Of a DNA stretch of 64,000 nt, positions 15,758 to 26,102 are shown piece by piece (the first letter of the stretch is position 1; each line of letters begins with the position of its first letter). The notes beneath the pieces were generated by a model. The model was not told where the DNA came from. It saw only the letters and a list, made by a program, of their open reading frames with translations, and made no database searches. A program made the position numbers and the translations under genes. Origin of the DNA: an uncultured Clostridia bacterium (lineage in GTDB: Bacteria > Bacillota > Clostridia > Christensenellales > Borkfalkiaceae); contig CANRHB010000001.1 of assembly GCA_947630325.1 (NCBI GenBank), positions 93,579 through 157,578 of the forward strand, in the 5' to 3' direction.

Positions 15758-17578
15758 TTAACACTTACTCAACACGCCGAAGGTGCGCGGCTTTATGAGG
15801 AATTTCCCGCTGTAGCATTCACCGCTAAAAAACTCGCGGAAGGTCCCCGCACAGTTCACGATGTATTCTCTGTCGGAGCGGTTGACGTAAATATATGCCG
15901 TGCGGTCTTCAATCGTGCGCGCGTACACGATGCAGGAAAAATCGGCAAAGATCTCCCGATAGCCGCCCGTGGCGAATACGTCTTTGAGCTCACCGCCGCG
16001 CAGTTCTCCCAAACGGCGGTAAAAATCGTTGAGTTCGAGGTCACAGTGCTTCCAATCATAGCAGGCGCGGCAGAACGGGTCGGCATAGCCTTCCATGCCG
16101 TTTTCGTCGCCATAGTAGATGCAGGGCACGCCGGGCAAGGTGAATTGCAGTACGGCCGCCATCTTCAAAAGTTCGCGGGCGCGCGCTCTGTTTTGGGGCG
16201 AGAGACAGGTCACCGCCATTTCTTCCTTGCTGTTGCAGACGTTGCCGCCCAGCACGGTAAGAATGCGCGCGGTGTCGTGCGTGCCCAAAATGTTCATCAG
16301 GCTGTGGAGCGCCTCGGGCGGATAGTTGTCGATAAGCATAAAGACGGTCGAGCGGAGCGCGTCGGCGCCTCCCGTCGTCAAAAAGGAGATGATCGCATTT
16401 TTGAGGGGGTAATTCATCACACCGTCGAGTTCTTCGCCCTGGAAGTACTCCCGCCGCACGCCATAGGCGATCTTATTGGAGGCGTCCTCCCAAACTTCGC
16501 CCAAAATGAGCGCGTCGGGGTTCTCTTCCTTGACCGCTCTCCTTAGCTTTTTCAAGAAAAAGTCGGGGAGTTCGTCGGCAACGTCCAGCCGCCAACCGCC
16601 GATCCCGCGGCGGAGCCACGTTTTGAGCACGCCGTTTTCGCCGAGAATAAAGTCTTGGTAACTCTCCGACTGCTCGTTGACGGCGGGGAGAGTTCTGATC
16701 CCCCACCAACAGTCGTATTGATCGGGGAAGGGGTGGAAGTGGTACCAATTCGCATAGGGGGAGTCGGGAGATTGATAGGCGCCGACGGTAGGGTACCTGC
16801 CGTAAAGATTGAAATAGCGGCTGTCCGCGCCCGTGTGGTTGAACACGCCGTCCAAAATGAGTTTGATCCCCCTCTCGTCCGCCTCTTTTACGAGTTCTTC
16901 AAAGTCCCCCACCGTGCCGAGCAAACTGTCGATCTTGAGGTAGTCGCCCGTGTCATAGCGGTGGTTGGAAAAGGCTTCGAAGATGGGATTGAGATACAAA
17001 ACGGTGACGCCGAGCCCCTTCAAATAGTCGAGTTTTTCGCGGATGCCGTTGAGGTTTCCACCGAAAAAGTCGTTGTTGAGGACTTGTCCGAAGGCGTTGG
17101 GGAGGAAGTAAGGCTGTTCCCCCCATCGGCGCAACACTTTGTTTTCCTTCATCTCCGAAACTTCCCCGCTCTTTGCAAAGCGGTCGGGAAAGATCTGGTA
17201 CATCACGCCGCCCTTGAACCAATCGGGAGTGTGGTAGTCCTCCTCAAAGACGGTGATCTGCCACTCCCCTGTCGCGCCGATCTCCCCTCTTCTCAGCCTC
17301 CCGCACCCCAAACAGAGTTCGTTCAAGCTGAAATGGTAAAAATACAGCCCCGTCTCGTGAAATTCGAGGGTCAAGGAAAAGCCGTTTTGGGTGCGGCGCA
17401 TGGGAAATTCCTCCTCTTCACCGCCGTCGCGGTGTAAAAGGAGGGCACAAGATTCGGCGGAGAAGTTATCTTCTCCGCCCTTTTCGCAAATGACGCAAAG
17501 CGTTAGTTGTTTCCCGCGGGCGAATGCGCCGATAAGGCTCTTGCACGCTCTGTCCACGGGGTCAAAGTAAATTCTCAT
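15758..17578 (-). CDS. GH13 alpha-glucosidase/neopullulanase-type glycoside hydrolase
   Basis: GH13 regions: YLNPIFEAFSNHRYD, GWRLDVADE, ILGEVWED, LGTHDTAR. Confidence 0.85.
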   Translation of the reverse strand: MRIYFDPVDRACKSLIGAFARGKQLTLCVICEKGGEDNFSAESCALLLHRDGGEEEEFPMRRTQNGFSLTLEFHETGLYFYHFSLNELCLGCGRLRRGEIGATGEWQITVFEEDYHTPDWFKGGVMYQIFPDRFAKSGEVSEMKENKVLRRWGEQPYFLPNAFGQVLNNDFFGGNLNGIREKLDYLKGLGVTVLYLNPIFEAFSNHRYDTGDYLKIDSLLGTVGDFEELVKEADERGIKLILDGVFNHTGADSRYFNLYGRYPTVGAYQSPDSPYANWYHFHPFPDQYDCWWGIRTLPAVNEQSESYQDFILGENGVLKTWLRRGIGGWRLDVADELPDFFLKKLRRAVKEENPDALILGEVWEDASNKIAYGVRREYFQGEELDGVMNYPLKNAIISFLTTGGADALRSTVFMLIDNYPPEALHSLMNILGTHDTARILTVLGGNVCNSKEEMAVTCLSPQNRARARELLKMAAVLQFTLPGVPCIYYGDENGMEGYADPFCRACYDWKHCDLELNDFYRRLGELRGGELKDVFATGGYREIFADFSCIVYARTIEDRTAYIYVNRSDREYIVNCAGTFREFFSGECYSGKFLIKPRTFGVLSKC

Positions 17579-17579
17579 T

Positions 17580-20006
17580 TTACTTCTTGAGCGACTTCAA
17601 ATTCCAGATGTTGTTTGCATAGTCCCGAATGCTTCTGTCTGCCGAGAAGTACCCCGCCGCGGCGATGTTGTTGAGGGACTTTTTGTTCCACTCCATCTTG
17701 TTGTTACGGTAGAGCGCGGACATTGCGTCCTGCGTCTTGGTGTACGATTCGTAATCGGCAAGGCACATATAAGGGTCCGCCACGGGAGAACGGCGCAGGA
17801 GATAGTTTGCGATCTCGGCAAAGGAACAGCCGTTGAACCCGACGATGAGCGATTCGATGACGCGGCGCATCCCGAGGTCCTGGTTGTAATAGGAACTCGA
17901 GTTGTAGCCTCTCCGCCAAATTTCGTCCACTTCCTCCGATTTCAGGCCGAAAATGAAGATGTTTTCATCGCCGACCCGCTCTGCCATTTCCACGTTCGCG
18001 CCGTCGAGCGTTCCGATCGTAAGCGCGCCGTTGATCATGAACTTCATGTTGCCCGTGCCGCTTGCCTCCTTCCCCGCAAGAGAGATCTGCTCGGAGATCT
18101 CCGAGGCGGGCATGAGTTTTTCGCTCATGGTGACGTTGTAATTCTCGAGGTAGACGACGTTGAGTTTTTTGTTGACGGCGGGGTTCTTGCGGATGTCCTC
18201 GGAGAGGAAGCAGATGAGTTTCATGATCTGCTTCGCCATGTCATAGCCCGCCGCCGCCTTCGCGCCGAAGATGTACGTCTTGGGCACAAAGTCCATGTTG
18301 GGGTTTTCGCGCAGGGCGTTGTACTCCGCGATGATGTGCAGAGCGTTGAGAAGCTGCCGCTTGTACTCGTGCATCCGCTTTGCCTGCACGTCGAAGATGG
18401 TGTCGGGGTCGAGGTCGAAGCCCTGATACTTCTTGGCGTACTCCGCAAGCTGAACCTTTTTGATGCGCTTGATCTCGTCGAGACGCTTGAGAACGCTCTC
18501 GTCGTTTTCAAATTTCTTGAATTCGATGAGCTTCGCGGCGTCTTTCGCATAGCCCTCGCCGATGCAGTCGTTGAGGAGAGCGCAGAGTTCGGGGTTGGAT
18601 TGGTTGAGCCAACGCCTGTGCGCGATGCCGTTGGTGACATTGCCGAATTTCTCGGGCGAATAGTCGTAGAAGTCGCGGAAAATGCTCTCTTTGATGATGC
18701 GGCTGTGCAATTCGGACACGCCGTTCACGCTGTGGGAGCCGACGATGCACAGATTGGCCATCCGCACGACGTTGTGCGAGAGCACGGACATGCGGGAAAT
18801 TTTGTTCCAATCGCCGGGGAACCGCTTCCAGAGGTCCTCGCAGAAGCGGCGGTTGATCTCCTTGAGAATGACATAAATTCTCGGGAGCCTGCGCGCGATG
18901 AGGTCCTCCGCCCACGTCTCGAGCGCTTCCGCCATGACGGTGTGGTTGGTGTAGGCGCAGGTCGCCGTGGTGATGTTCCACGCGGTGTCCCAATCAAAGT
19001 AGTTGTCGTCCACCAGAATGCGCATGAGCTCGGGAATGGCCAGCGCGGGGTGGGTGTCGTTGATGTGGATAGCCGCCATCTCGGGCAGAAGGGTCAAAGA
19101 GCCGTATCTGCGCTTGTGGTCGGAGACGATACACTGCAAAGAGGCGGAGACGAGGAAGTACTGCTGTTTCAAGCGGAGAGACTTGCCCTCGTTGTGGTTG
19201 TCGGAGGGATAGAGCACCTTGGAGATGAGCTCCGCTTCGCTGTCGTCCCGCATGACCGCTTCGTAATTGCCCTGCGAGAAGAGCAGCATGTCGAAGTTCT
19301 GCACCGCGCGGGAACGCCAGAGGCGAAGGACGCTGACCGCCTCCGAATTGTAGCCCGAAACCATCATGTCATAGGCGACCGCCTCGATCTCTTTTGCGTT
19401 TCGGTAGATGGTCTCCATGCCGTGGTCCGTCCACTTCTCCTCGATCTCGCCGTCGAAGCGGACGATGAACTGCTTGTCGCTCCGTTGGGTAAGCCAGCAT
19501 TCGCCGCCGGGGAGCCATACGTCGGGGAGTTCGATCTGCCAGCCGTCCACGATCTTCTGCTTGAAAAGCCCGTATTGGTAGCAGATGGAAAAGCCCATGG
19601 CGGGATAGTCCTGTGTGGCGAGGCCGTCGAGGAAGCAGGCGGCCAGCCGTCCGAGTCCCCCATTGCCGAGCCCGGCGTCGGGTTCCTCTTCATAGAGTTC
19701 TTCCAAAGTGACATGATAGGGTTTGAGCGCTTCCTCCACGGCGCGCTTGATCCCGAGATTATAGATGCTGTTTTTGAGGGAACGCCCCATCAAAAATTCC
19801 ATGCAGAGGTAGTAGACGCGCTTTGCCTTTGCGCCCTTCGTCTTGATATGGAATTTCTGCCGCTTTTCGAGCATGATGTCTCTCACGCTCATGACGACGG
19901 CTTTATAGAGCTGTTCGCGGCTTGCTTCGGAGGGAATGACCCCGAAATAACGGGAGAGCTTTCCGCTGATCAACTGTTGTGCTTCCTGACCTGTTAATTT
20001 ATTCAT
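17580..20006 (-). CDS. glgP: glycogen/maltodextrin phosphorylase
   Basis: 808 aa; EASGTGNMKFMINGA PLP-lysine motif. Confidence 0.93.
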   Translation of the reverse strand: MNKLTGQEAQQLISGKLSRYFGVIPSEASREQLYKAVVMSVRDIMLEKRQKFHIKTKGAKAKRVYYLCMEFLMGRSLKNSIYNLGIKRAVEEALKPYHVTLEELYEEEPDAGLGNGGLGRLAACFLDGLATQDYPAMGFSICYQYGLFKQKIVDGWQIELPDVWLPGGECWLTQRSDKQFIVRFDGEIEEKWTDHGMETIYRNAKEIEAVAYDMMVSGYNSEAVSVLRLWRSRAVQNFDMLLFSQGNYEAVMRDDSEAELISKVLYPSDNHNEGKSLRLKQQYFLVSASLQCIVSDHKRRYGSLTLLPEMAAIHINDTHPALAIPELMRILVDDNYFDWDTAWNITTATCAYTNHTVMAEALETWAEDLIARRLPRIYVILKEINRRFCEDLWKRFPGDWNKISRMSVLSHNVVRMANLCIVGSHSVNGVSELHSRIIKESIFRDFYDYSPEKFGNVTNGIAHRRWLNQSNPELCALLNDCIGEGYAKDAAKLIEFKKFENDESVLKRLDEIKRIKKVQLAEYAKKYQGFDLDPDTIFDVQAKRMHEYKRQLLNALHIIAEYNALRENPNMDFVPKTYIFGAKAAAGYDMAKQIMKLICFLSEDIRKNPAVNKKLNVVYLENYNVTMSEKLMPASEISEQISLAGKEASGTGNMKFMINGALTIGTLDGANVEMAERVGDENIFIFGLKSEEVDEIWRRGYNSSSYYNQDLGMRRVIESLIVGFNGCSFAEIANYLLRRSPVADPYMCLADYESYTKTQDAMSALYRNNKMEWNKKSLNNIAAAGYFSADRSIRDYANNIWNLKSLKK

Positions 20007-20030
20007 GATTTTTGTTACTCCGATTGGGGA

Positions 20031-21557
20031 TTATTTGAGAACACTTTCATACAACTCTTCATAGGACTGCGCCGATCTGCCCCAGCTGAAATCGGTCGTC
20101 ATCGCCTTTTTGACGAGGGACGCCCACTCTTCCTTGTTTTTATAGACGGCAAGCGCCTCGTTGATGACATAGAGCATATCATAGGCGTTGTAGTCGTGGA
20201 AGGTAAACCCGTTGCCGCCCGCGCCGTAAGGAGAGATGCTGTCGCGCAGTCCCCCCGTCTCTCTGACGATGGCGACGGTGCCGTAACGGGAGGCGATCAT
20301 CTGCGAAAGTCCGCAGGGTTCGCTCTTGCTCGGCATGAGGAAGAGGTCCGCGCCAGAGTAGATCTTGCGCGAAAGGTCCGAATTGAAGGAGATGACCGAG
20401 ACGACTTTGCCGGGATACCTTCTTGCGAGGTCGGCAAAGTAATTTTCATACGCCGAATCTCCCGTGCCGAGCAGGATGAACTGCATATCCTGTCTGAGCG
20501 CCTGTTCGATGACTTCCTGCACCAAGTCGAGCCCCTTGTGGGAGACGAGGCGGGAGATCATCGCCATGATGGGCGTGTCGGGTTTTACGGGCAAGTTGAG
20601 CATACGCTGGAGCTCCTCTTTGCACACCGCCTTGGGCGCGATGTCCTCTGCGGAGTAGTTCGCAAAGAGCGCCTTGTCCGTTGCGGGGTCGTAATAATCG
20701 GGGTCGATGCCGTTGAGAATGCCGCAGAGTTTGAATTCGTTGCGGCGCACGATAGCGTCCAGCCCGTGCCCATAGTAAGGGTCCTTGATCTCCCACGCAT
20801 AGGTGGGAGAGACGGTGGAGAACTTCTCGCAGCACTCGATCGCCCCCTTCATGAGGTTGATGCAGCGGTCGTACTCCACGAGATATTGGTAGTGATAGGA
20901 GATCCCGAAGAGATCCTCGAGAATATCGAGGGAATATTTGCCCTGATATTCGATGTTGTGGATGGTGAACACGGCGCGGATGAACTGATACTCGGGACGG
21001 AAGCAATAGATCGTCTTTAAGTAGAGCGCCGCAAGCGCCGCCTGCCAATCGTGGCAATGGAGGACGTCGGGATAGAACCCGATAAAGCCGAGGATCTCCA
21101 TCACACTGCGGCAGAAGAAGGCGAACCGCTCCCCGTCGTCATAGTAGCCATAGCATCCGGGACGCTTGAAGTAGTACTCGTTGTCCACAAAGTAGAAGGT
21201 GACGTTGTCCTTCACATACTCGAAAATGCCGCAATATTGGTTGCGCCAGCTGAGGGGCACGAAGATGTTCCCGATAAAGCGGAACTCCTTGCGGTACTCC
21301 TTTCTGATGTCCTGGTAAAGCGGAATAATGACGCGCACATCATAGCGCTCGTTTCTCGCAAGCGCCTTCGAGAGCGAACCCACCACCTCGGCAAGTCCGC
21401 CCGTTGCAATGAAGGGAGCGGCTTCCGAGGCGACAAAGAGGATCTTCCGCTTTGCCTCCACCGTGATCTCGGCAGGAACGGGTTCGGGTTGTACCGCGAC
21501 CGCGGGAACCTCCACTACCTCCACTGCCTTTTTCGTTGTCTTTTTCGTCGTTGCCAT
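20031..21557 (-). CDS. glgA: glycogen synthase (GT5) with ~40-aa N-terminal extension
   Basis: KILFVASEAAPFIATGGLAEVVGSL; ATG 21557 follows GGGGGGAAAG RBS. Confidence 0.9.
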   Translation of the reverse strand: MATTKKTTKKAVEVVEVPAVAVQPEPVPAEITVEAKRKILFVASEAAPFIATGGLAEVVGSLSKALARNERYDVRVIIPLYQDIRKEYRKEFRFIGNIFVPLSWRNQYCGIFEYVKDNVTFYFVDNEYYFKRPGCYGYYDDGERFAFFCRSVMEILGFIGFYPDVLHCHDWQAALAALYLKTIYCFRPEYQFIRAVFTIHNIEYQGKYSLDILEDLFGISYHYQYLVEYDRCINLMKGAIECCEKFSTVSPTYAWEIKDPYYGHGLDAIVRRNEFKLCGILNGIDPDYYDPATDKALFANYSAEDIAPKAVCKEELQRMLNLPVKPDTPIMAMISRLVSHKGLDLVQEVIEQALRQDMQFILLGTGDSAYENYFADLARRYPGKVVSVISFNSDLSRKIYSGADLFLMPSKSEPCGLSQMIASRYGTVAIVRETGGLRDSISPYGAGGNGFTFHDYNAYDMLYVINEALAVYKNKEEWASLVKKAMTTDFSWGRSAQSYEELYESVLK

Positions 21558-21617
21558 GATCTTTCCCCCCATTTTGTTTTATTTTATGTTTTGGTCCGCC
21601 GAAACGGAACAACAAGT

Positions 21618-22733
21618 TCAGAGCATTCTCCCCTTTCCGACGAAGTAAGGAAGTTCCTCACAGCCCGCAAGGTGGCGGCGGTCGCGGATGACCACATTCT
21701 TATCGGTGATGACGCAGGCAAGCGACGCGCCGTCCTCGATGACGGTGTCCTGCATGATGACCGAATCTTTGACGACGCTCCCCTTCCCGACCTTCACGCC
21801 GCGGAAGAGAATGGAGTTTTCCACCGTGCCCTCGATGATACAGCCGTCGGAGATGAGCGAATTCTTCACCACCGCGCCGTCGTAATATTTGGAGGGCGCC
21901 GAGTCGCGCACTTTCGTATAAATGTCGCGCGCGCCGAACAGTTCGTCCCGCACCTCTTTATGAAGTTGCTCCATGCTGTGTTTGTAGTACTTTTGAAGGG
22001 AGGAGATCCCCGCATAGTAGCCTGTGAACTTGTAGCCGAAGATACGGAGGCTGTCCACGTTCTTGGTAAGGATGTCCCTTCCGAAGCTCGAAAATCCCCT
22101 CTGCACGGCGTTCTGGATGGTGTCGATGAGGTATTCCCTCCTCATCACCATGACGTTGACATAGAGGTTGAACTTCCCCTTTCCGTTGACGTCGGGGTTG
22201 ATCTTGAGCCCCTTGATCCGTCCGCTCCCGTCCGGTTCGAGGGTGATATAGTAGGAGGACTCCACGCTCTCCTCCTCGTGGTAGACCATGGTGATGTCCG
22301 CCTGGTTGCGCTCGTGGAAGCGCACGATGTCGGCGATGTCCATGCGGGCGACGCCGTCGCAGTCGGAGATGACGACATAGTCCTCCTTCCTGTGGTTGAG
22401 GAAGCCCGTGATGCTCATGAGCGCCTCGAGGCGGGTCGTATAGGGCTTATCCGTCTCGTTGGAGTAAGGGGGAAGCAAAATGATGCCGCCGTCCTTCCGC
22501 GCAAGGTCCCAATCTTTGCCGCTTCCGAGGTGATCGATGAGGGACTGATAGTTGTTCTTGGTGACGATGCCCACCGTCGTGATACCCGAGTTCACCATGT
22601 TGGAGAGCGCAAAGTCGATGAGACGGTATCTTCCCACAAAGGGAATGGACGCCATCGTCCTGTGCTTGGAGAGTTCGGGAATATTTTCGTCGTGAATGTT
22701 GGAAAAGATAACGCCTACCGTGGAATGTGCCAT
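21618..22733 (-). CDS. glgD: glucose-1-phosphate adenylyltransferase regulatory subunit GlgD
   Basis: MAHSTVGVIFSNIHDENIPELS...RYRLIDFALSNMVNSG, lacks the GGxGxRL of GlgC; ATG 22733 (tracked 22916 start overlaps glgC). Confidence 0.85.
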   Translation of the reverse strand: MAHSTVGVIFSNIHDENIPELSKHRTMASIPFVGRYRLIDFALSNMVNSGITTVGIVTKNNYQSLIDHLGSGKDWDLARKDGGIILLPPYSNETDKPYTTRLEALMSITGFLNHRKEDYVVISDCDGVARMDIADIVRFHERNQADITMVYHEEESVESSYYITLEPDGSGRIKGLKINPDVNGKGKFNLYVNVMVMRREYLIDTIQNAVQRGFSSFGRDILTKNVDSLRIFGYKFTGYYAGISSLQKYYKHSMEQLHKEVRDELFGARDIYTKVRDSAPSKYYDGAVVKNSLISDGCIIEGTVENSILFRGVKVGKGSVVKDSVIMQDTVIEDGASLACVITDKNVVIRDRRHLAGCEELPYFVGKGRML

Positions 22734-22737
22734 CTCT

Positions 22738-23934
22738 TTATTCCCCCTTGTAATCCTTGTCGAGGATCGTGCCTGCCCCGACCTTCGTGCCCGCGGCGAT
22801 CGTGATGTTCCTGCCGAGCACCGAAATGCCCGCCGCCGTGCTCTTGTCCTCGCCGATGGCCGCCCCCTCCTCCACCACGACGTTCTCGTCGATGATGGAA
22901 TAGGTGACCCTTGCATTCTTCTTGATGACCGTCCCCGCCATGATGACGCTGTCCTTTACGACCGCGCCCTCCTCGACGACGACGTTGCTCGAGAGAATGG
23001 AGTGCTCCACCGTCCCCTCTATTTCACAGCCGAGGGCGATCATGGAGTTCTCCACCTTGCCCGTTGTCCCCACGTATTCGGGCGGCGCAAGCGGGTTGCG
23101 GGAATGGATCTTCCAATCGGAGTCCCCCACATCGAACGCGGGCTCTTCTCCGAGAAGGTCCATATTCGATTCCCAGAGTGAGGAGATCGTGCCGACGTCC
23201 TTCCAATACCCCTTGAAGCGGTAGGAGAACATCTTCTCGCCCGCATGGAGCATCTTGGGGAGCACGTTCTTGCCGAAGTCCTTCTCGCTGTCGGGATCTC
23301 GGTCGTCCTCCTCGAGATATTTATACAGCTTCTCTGCGGTGAAGATATAGATGCCCATGGAGGCAAGGTTGCTCTTGGGCGCCTTGGGTTTTTCCTCGAA
23401 CTCATAGATGGAGCCGTCGGGGTTGGTGTTGAGAATGCCGAAGCGGGAAGCCTCCTTTATCGGCACTTCGATGGCGGCGATCGTGCAGTCCGCTCCCGTG
23501 CGGATATGCGCCCGCAACATCTCGGCATAGTTCATCTTGTAGATGTGGTCGCCCGAGAGAATGAGCACATAGTCGGGGTTGTACTTCTTCATGAAGCTGC
23601 TGTTCTGGTAGATGGCGTTCGCCGTGCCCTCGTACCAGGAAGATTTCTTCTTCGCCTGATAGGGCGAGAGAATGTGCACGCCGCCGAAACTGCGGTCGAG
23701 GTCCCACGGCTGGCCGTTTCCGATATACTCGTTGAGCTCGAGCGGTTCATACTGCGTCAGAACGCCGACGGTGTCTATGCCCGAGTTGATGCAGTTGCTT
23801 AAGGGGAAGTCGATGATACGGTACTTCGCGCCAAAGGCAACTGCGGGTTTTGCGATGTTGTTGGTGAGTGCGTACAGACGAGAGCCTTGTCCGCCCGCAA
23901 GCAACATTGCAACGCATTCCTTTTTTCTTTGCAT
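22738..23934 (-). CDS. glgC: glucose-1-phosphate adenylyltransferase
   Basis: [29 protein letters not shown]-terminal left-handed beta-helix repeats. Confidence 0.93.
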   Translation of the reverse strand: MQRKKECVAMLLAGGQGSRLYALTNNIAKPAVAFGAKYRIIDFPLSNCINSGIDTVGVLTQYEPLELNEYIGNGQPWDLDRSFGGVHILSPYQAKKKSSWYEGTANAIYQNSSFMKKYNPDYVLILSGDHIYKMNYAEMLRAHIRTGADCTIAAIEVPIKEASRFGILNTNPDGSIYEFEEKPKAPKSNLASMGIYIFTAEKLYKYLEEDDRDPDSEKDFGKNVLPKMLHAGEKMFSYRFKGYWKDVGTISSLWESNMDLLGEEPAFDVGDSDWKIHSRNPLAPPEYVGTTGKVENSMIALGCEIEGTVEHSILSSNVVVEEGAVVKDSVIMAGTVIKKNARVTYSIIDENVVVEEGAAIGEDKSTAAGISVLGRNITIAAGTKVGAGTILDKDYKGE

Positions 23935-23967
23935 GATCTTATATCTCCCGTTATGTATTCACGAAAT

Positions 23968-25875
23968 TCAATTTTCTTCCACCTTTTCAAGGTAAAGGCA
24001 GGTAAAGCGGGGCAACGGCAGGCGGAGGGAATATTGTTTCCCGTGGCTTGGCTTTTTGACGGCGGTGAAGATCCTCTTCTTGCCGAGCCGCCCCGTGCCG
24101 CCGAACTTTTCGTCGTCCGTGTTGAGAAGCACGCGGTACTTCCCCTTTTTGTTGACGCCGAGCAGGTAGTCGTCCGCGTCCGCTCCCGAGAAGCTGACGA
24201 CGGCGATCACTTCCCTCCCCTTTCTGTCCCTGCGGATGAAGGAGACGACGTTGCGGTCTGCGTCGTCGACCGCGAGCCACTCAAAGCCGTCCCAGCTGTC
24301 CTCCACTTCGAAGAAGGGCGGCGTATTTTTGTAGAATTCATTGAGTTCCTTCACGAATGCCGCAAGTTTGGCGTGCATTTCATAGTTGTCGCGCAGGAAG
24401 AATTCCAGCCCCTCGCGGTAGTCCCACTCCTTGAACTGCCCGAATTCATACCCCATGAAGTTGAGTTTCTTCCCGGGGTGCGCCATCTGATAGGCAAGGA
24501 AGGAACGCACGCCCGCGAACTTCTCCTCATAGCTTCCGGGCATCTTGTTGATGAGCGAACACTTGCCGTACACCACCTCGTCGTGCGAGATAGGGAGCAC
24601 ATAATTCTCCGAAAAGGCGTACATCATGGAGAAGGTGAGTTTGTTGTGGTTGTTCATGCGGAAATAGGGATTGAGGGTGAGATAGGAGAGCATATCGTTC
24701 ATCCAGCCCATGTTCCACTTATAGTTGAAGCCGAGCCCTCCCACCGAAGCGGGTTTTGTCACGAGCCCCCACGCCGTGGACTCCTCCGCGATCATGAGCG
24801 CGTGCGGGAAGCGCAAGAATACCGTCTCGTTGAGCCTTCTCAAAAAGGCGATCGCCTCGAGGTTCTTGTTTTCGCCATAGATGTTCGGCACCCACTCCCC
24901 GGGGCGCTTGTCATAGTCGAGGTAGAGCATGGAGGCCACCGCGTCCACGCGGATCCCGTCGATGTGGAATTTGTCGAAGAAGAGGCACGCGCTCGAGATG
25001 AGGAAGGAGACGACCTCGTTCCTGCCATAGTCAAAACGGCGGGTCCCCCAGCTCTTGTGCTCCATTCTGTCCCATTGACTGCTCTCATAGAGGGGCTGTC
25101 CGTCGAATTCATACAGCCCGTGCGCGTCCTTGGGGAAGTGCGCGGGCACCCAATCGAGAATGACGCCGATGCCCGCCTTGTGGAACTCGTCTACAAGGTG
25201 CATGAAGTCCTTGGGGGTGCCGAGGCGGGAGGTGACCGCAAAATAGCCCGTCACCTGGTATCCCCAGCTTCCGTCATAGGGATATTCCGTCACGGGCATA
25301 AATTCAACGTGCGTGTAGCCCATCTCCTTGACATAGGAGACGAGTTCGCGCGAAAGGTCGAGATAGGAATAGTAATTTCCGTCGGGATATTTTTTCCACG
25401 AGAGCAGATTGACCTCGTAAATATTTATGGGAGAGGAAAAACGGTCGCTCTTGAAGAGTTCTTTGCGGTAGGCGCCGTCCCCCCACTTGTAGCCCTCGAG
25501 ATCGTAAATTTTGCTTGCATTTGCGGGCGGGGTCTCGGTATGGAAGCCGATGGGGTCGGTTTTCATGAGTTTTCTGCCGTCGTGCGCGGTAATACAATAT
25601 TTATATGCGTCGTACTCGTGCACCCCGGGGACATAGAGTTCGAAACTCTCCCCGTCCACCATGCGCTCCATCACGTTCGCGTTCTCATCCCAGCCGTTGA
25701 AGTCCCCTACGACCGAAACGCTGCTTGCATGGGGCGCCCAAACGCGGAAAAAGTACCCTTTCTGCCCGTCTTTGAGGAGCGGATGCGCGCCGAAAAGCTC
25801 ATAGATCCTGTCGTTTTTCCCGTGATGAAAGAGATAGAGCGGGAAATCCGTCTCTCTCTGCATTTTTTCCGCCAT
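23968..25875 (-). CDS. glgB: 1,4-alpha-glucan branching enzyme
   Basis: CBM48+GH13 architecture; HVEFMPVTEYPYDGSWGYQ, DGIRVDAVASM, MIAEESTAW; ATG 25875 after GGGGGG RBS. Confidence 0.92.
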   Translation of the reverse strand: MAEKMQRETDFPLYLFHHGKNDRIYELFGAHPLLKDGQKGYFFRVWAPHASSVSVVGDFNGWDENANVMERMVDGESFELYVPGVHEYDAYKYCITAHDGRKLMKTDPIGFHTETPPANASKIYDLEGYKWGDGAYRKELFKSDRFSSPINIYEVNLLSWKKYPDGNYYSYLDLSRELVSYVKEMGYTHVEFMPVTEYPYDGSWGYQVTGYFAVTSRLGTPKDFMHLVDEFHKAGIGVILDWVPAHFPKDAHGLYEFDGQPLYESSQWDRMEHKSWGTRRFDYGRNEVVSFLISSACLFFDKFHIDGIRVDAVASMLYLDYDKRPGEWVPNIYGENKNLEAIAFLRRLNETVFLRFPHALMIAEESTAWGLVTKPASVGGLGFNYKWNMGWMNDMLSYLTLNPYFRMNNHNKLTFSMMYAFSENYVLPISHDEVVYGKCSLINKMPGSYEEKFAGVRSFLAYQMAHPGKKLNFMGYEFGQFKEWDYREGLEFFLRDNYEMHAKLAAFVKELNEFYKNTPPFFEVEDSWDGFEWLAVDDADRNVVSFIRRDRKGREVIAVVSFSGADADDYLLGVNKKGKYRVLLNTDDEKFGGTGRLGKKRIFTAVKKPSHGKQYSLRLPLPRFTCLYLEKVEEN

Positions 25876-26055
25876 GACGCATGGCCCCCCTTTCGTTTTT
25901 CGGTTTTTCTGCTCTTTTATTATACTATATATTTTGGCAGGTTTCAATACCCATTTCAAACTTTTTTTGCCCTTTTGGAAAAATTTTTCGGTTTTTTCGC
26001 TAAGGAGCGCGCCCTTCTTGCGGGAGATCGACTTTTGAAAAGTTGCGCTTTCCTC

Positions 26056-26084
26056 TTGCATTTTCTCATCTTTCGCGCTATAAT
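26056..26084 (+). promoter_or_regulatory. promoter TTGCAT-17-TATAAT
   Basis: Hexamers at 26056-26061 and 26079-26084; AAAGGGGG RBS and ATG 26103 follow. Confidence 0.6.
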
Positions 26085-26102
26085 GGAACAAAGGGGGAAA
26101 TT

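Noticed and set aside
18336-19997. Long antisense ORFs opposite well-supported genes: 18336-19997 (+), 23887-26286 (+), 21051-22805 (+), 29921-31429 (+), 45649-47403 (+), 51954-53639 (-), 14457-15542 (+), 27808-29127 (+), 33551-35200 (+)
   Set aside because: Each lies antisense to a gene with unmistakable family motifs (glgP, glgB, glgD/glgC, htpG, tail fibre, groEL, xer, murC, plsC/cmk). Their products are R/A/G/H/V-rich low-complexity strings with no motifs and no RBS. This is the usual stop-codon-poor antisense frame of GC-rich DNA.
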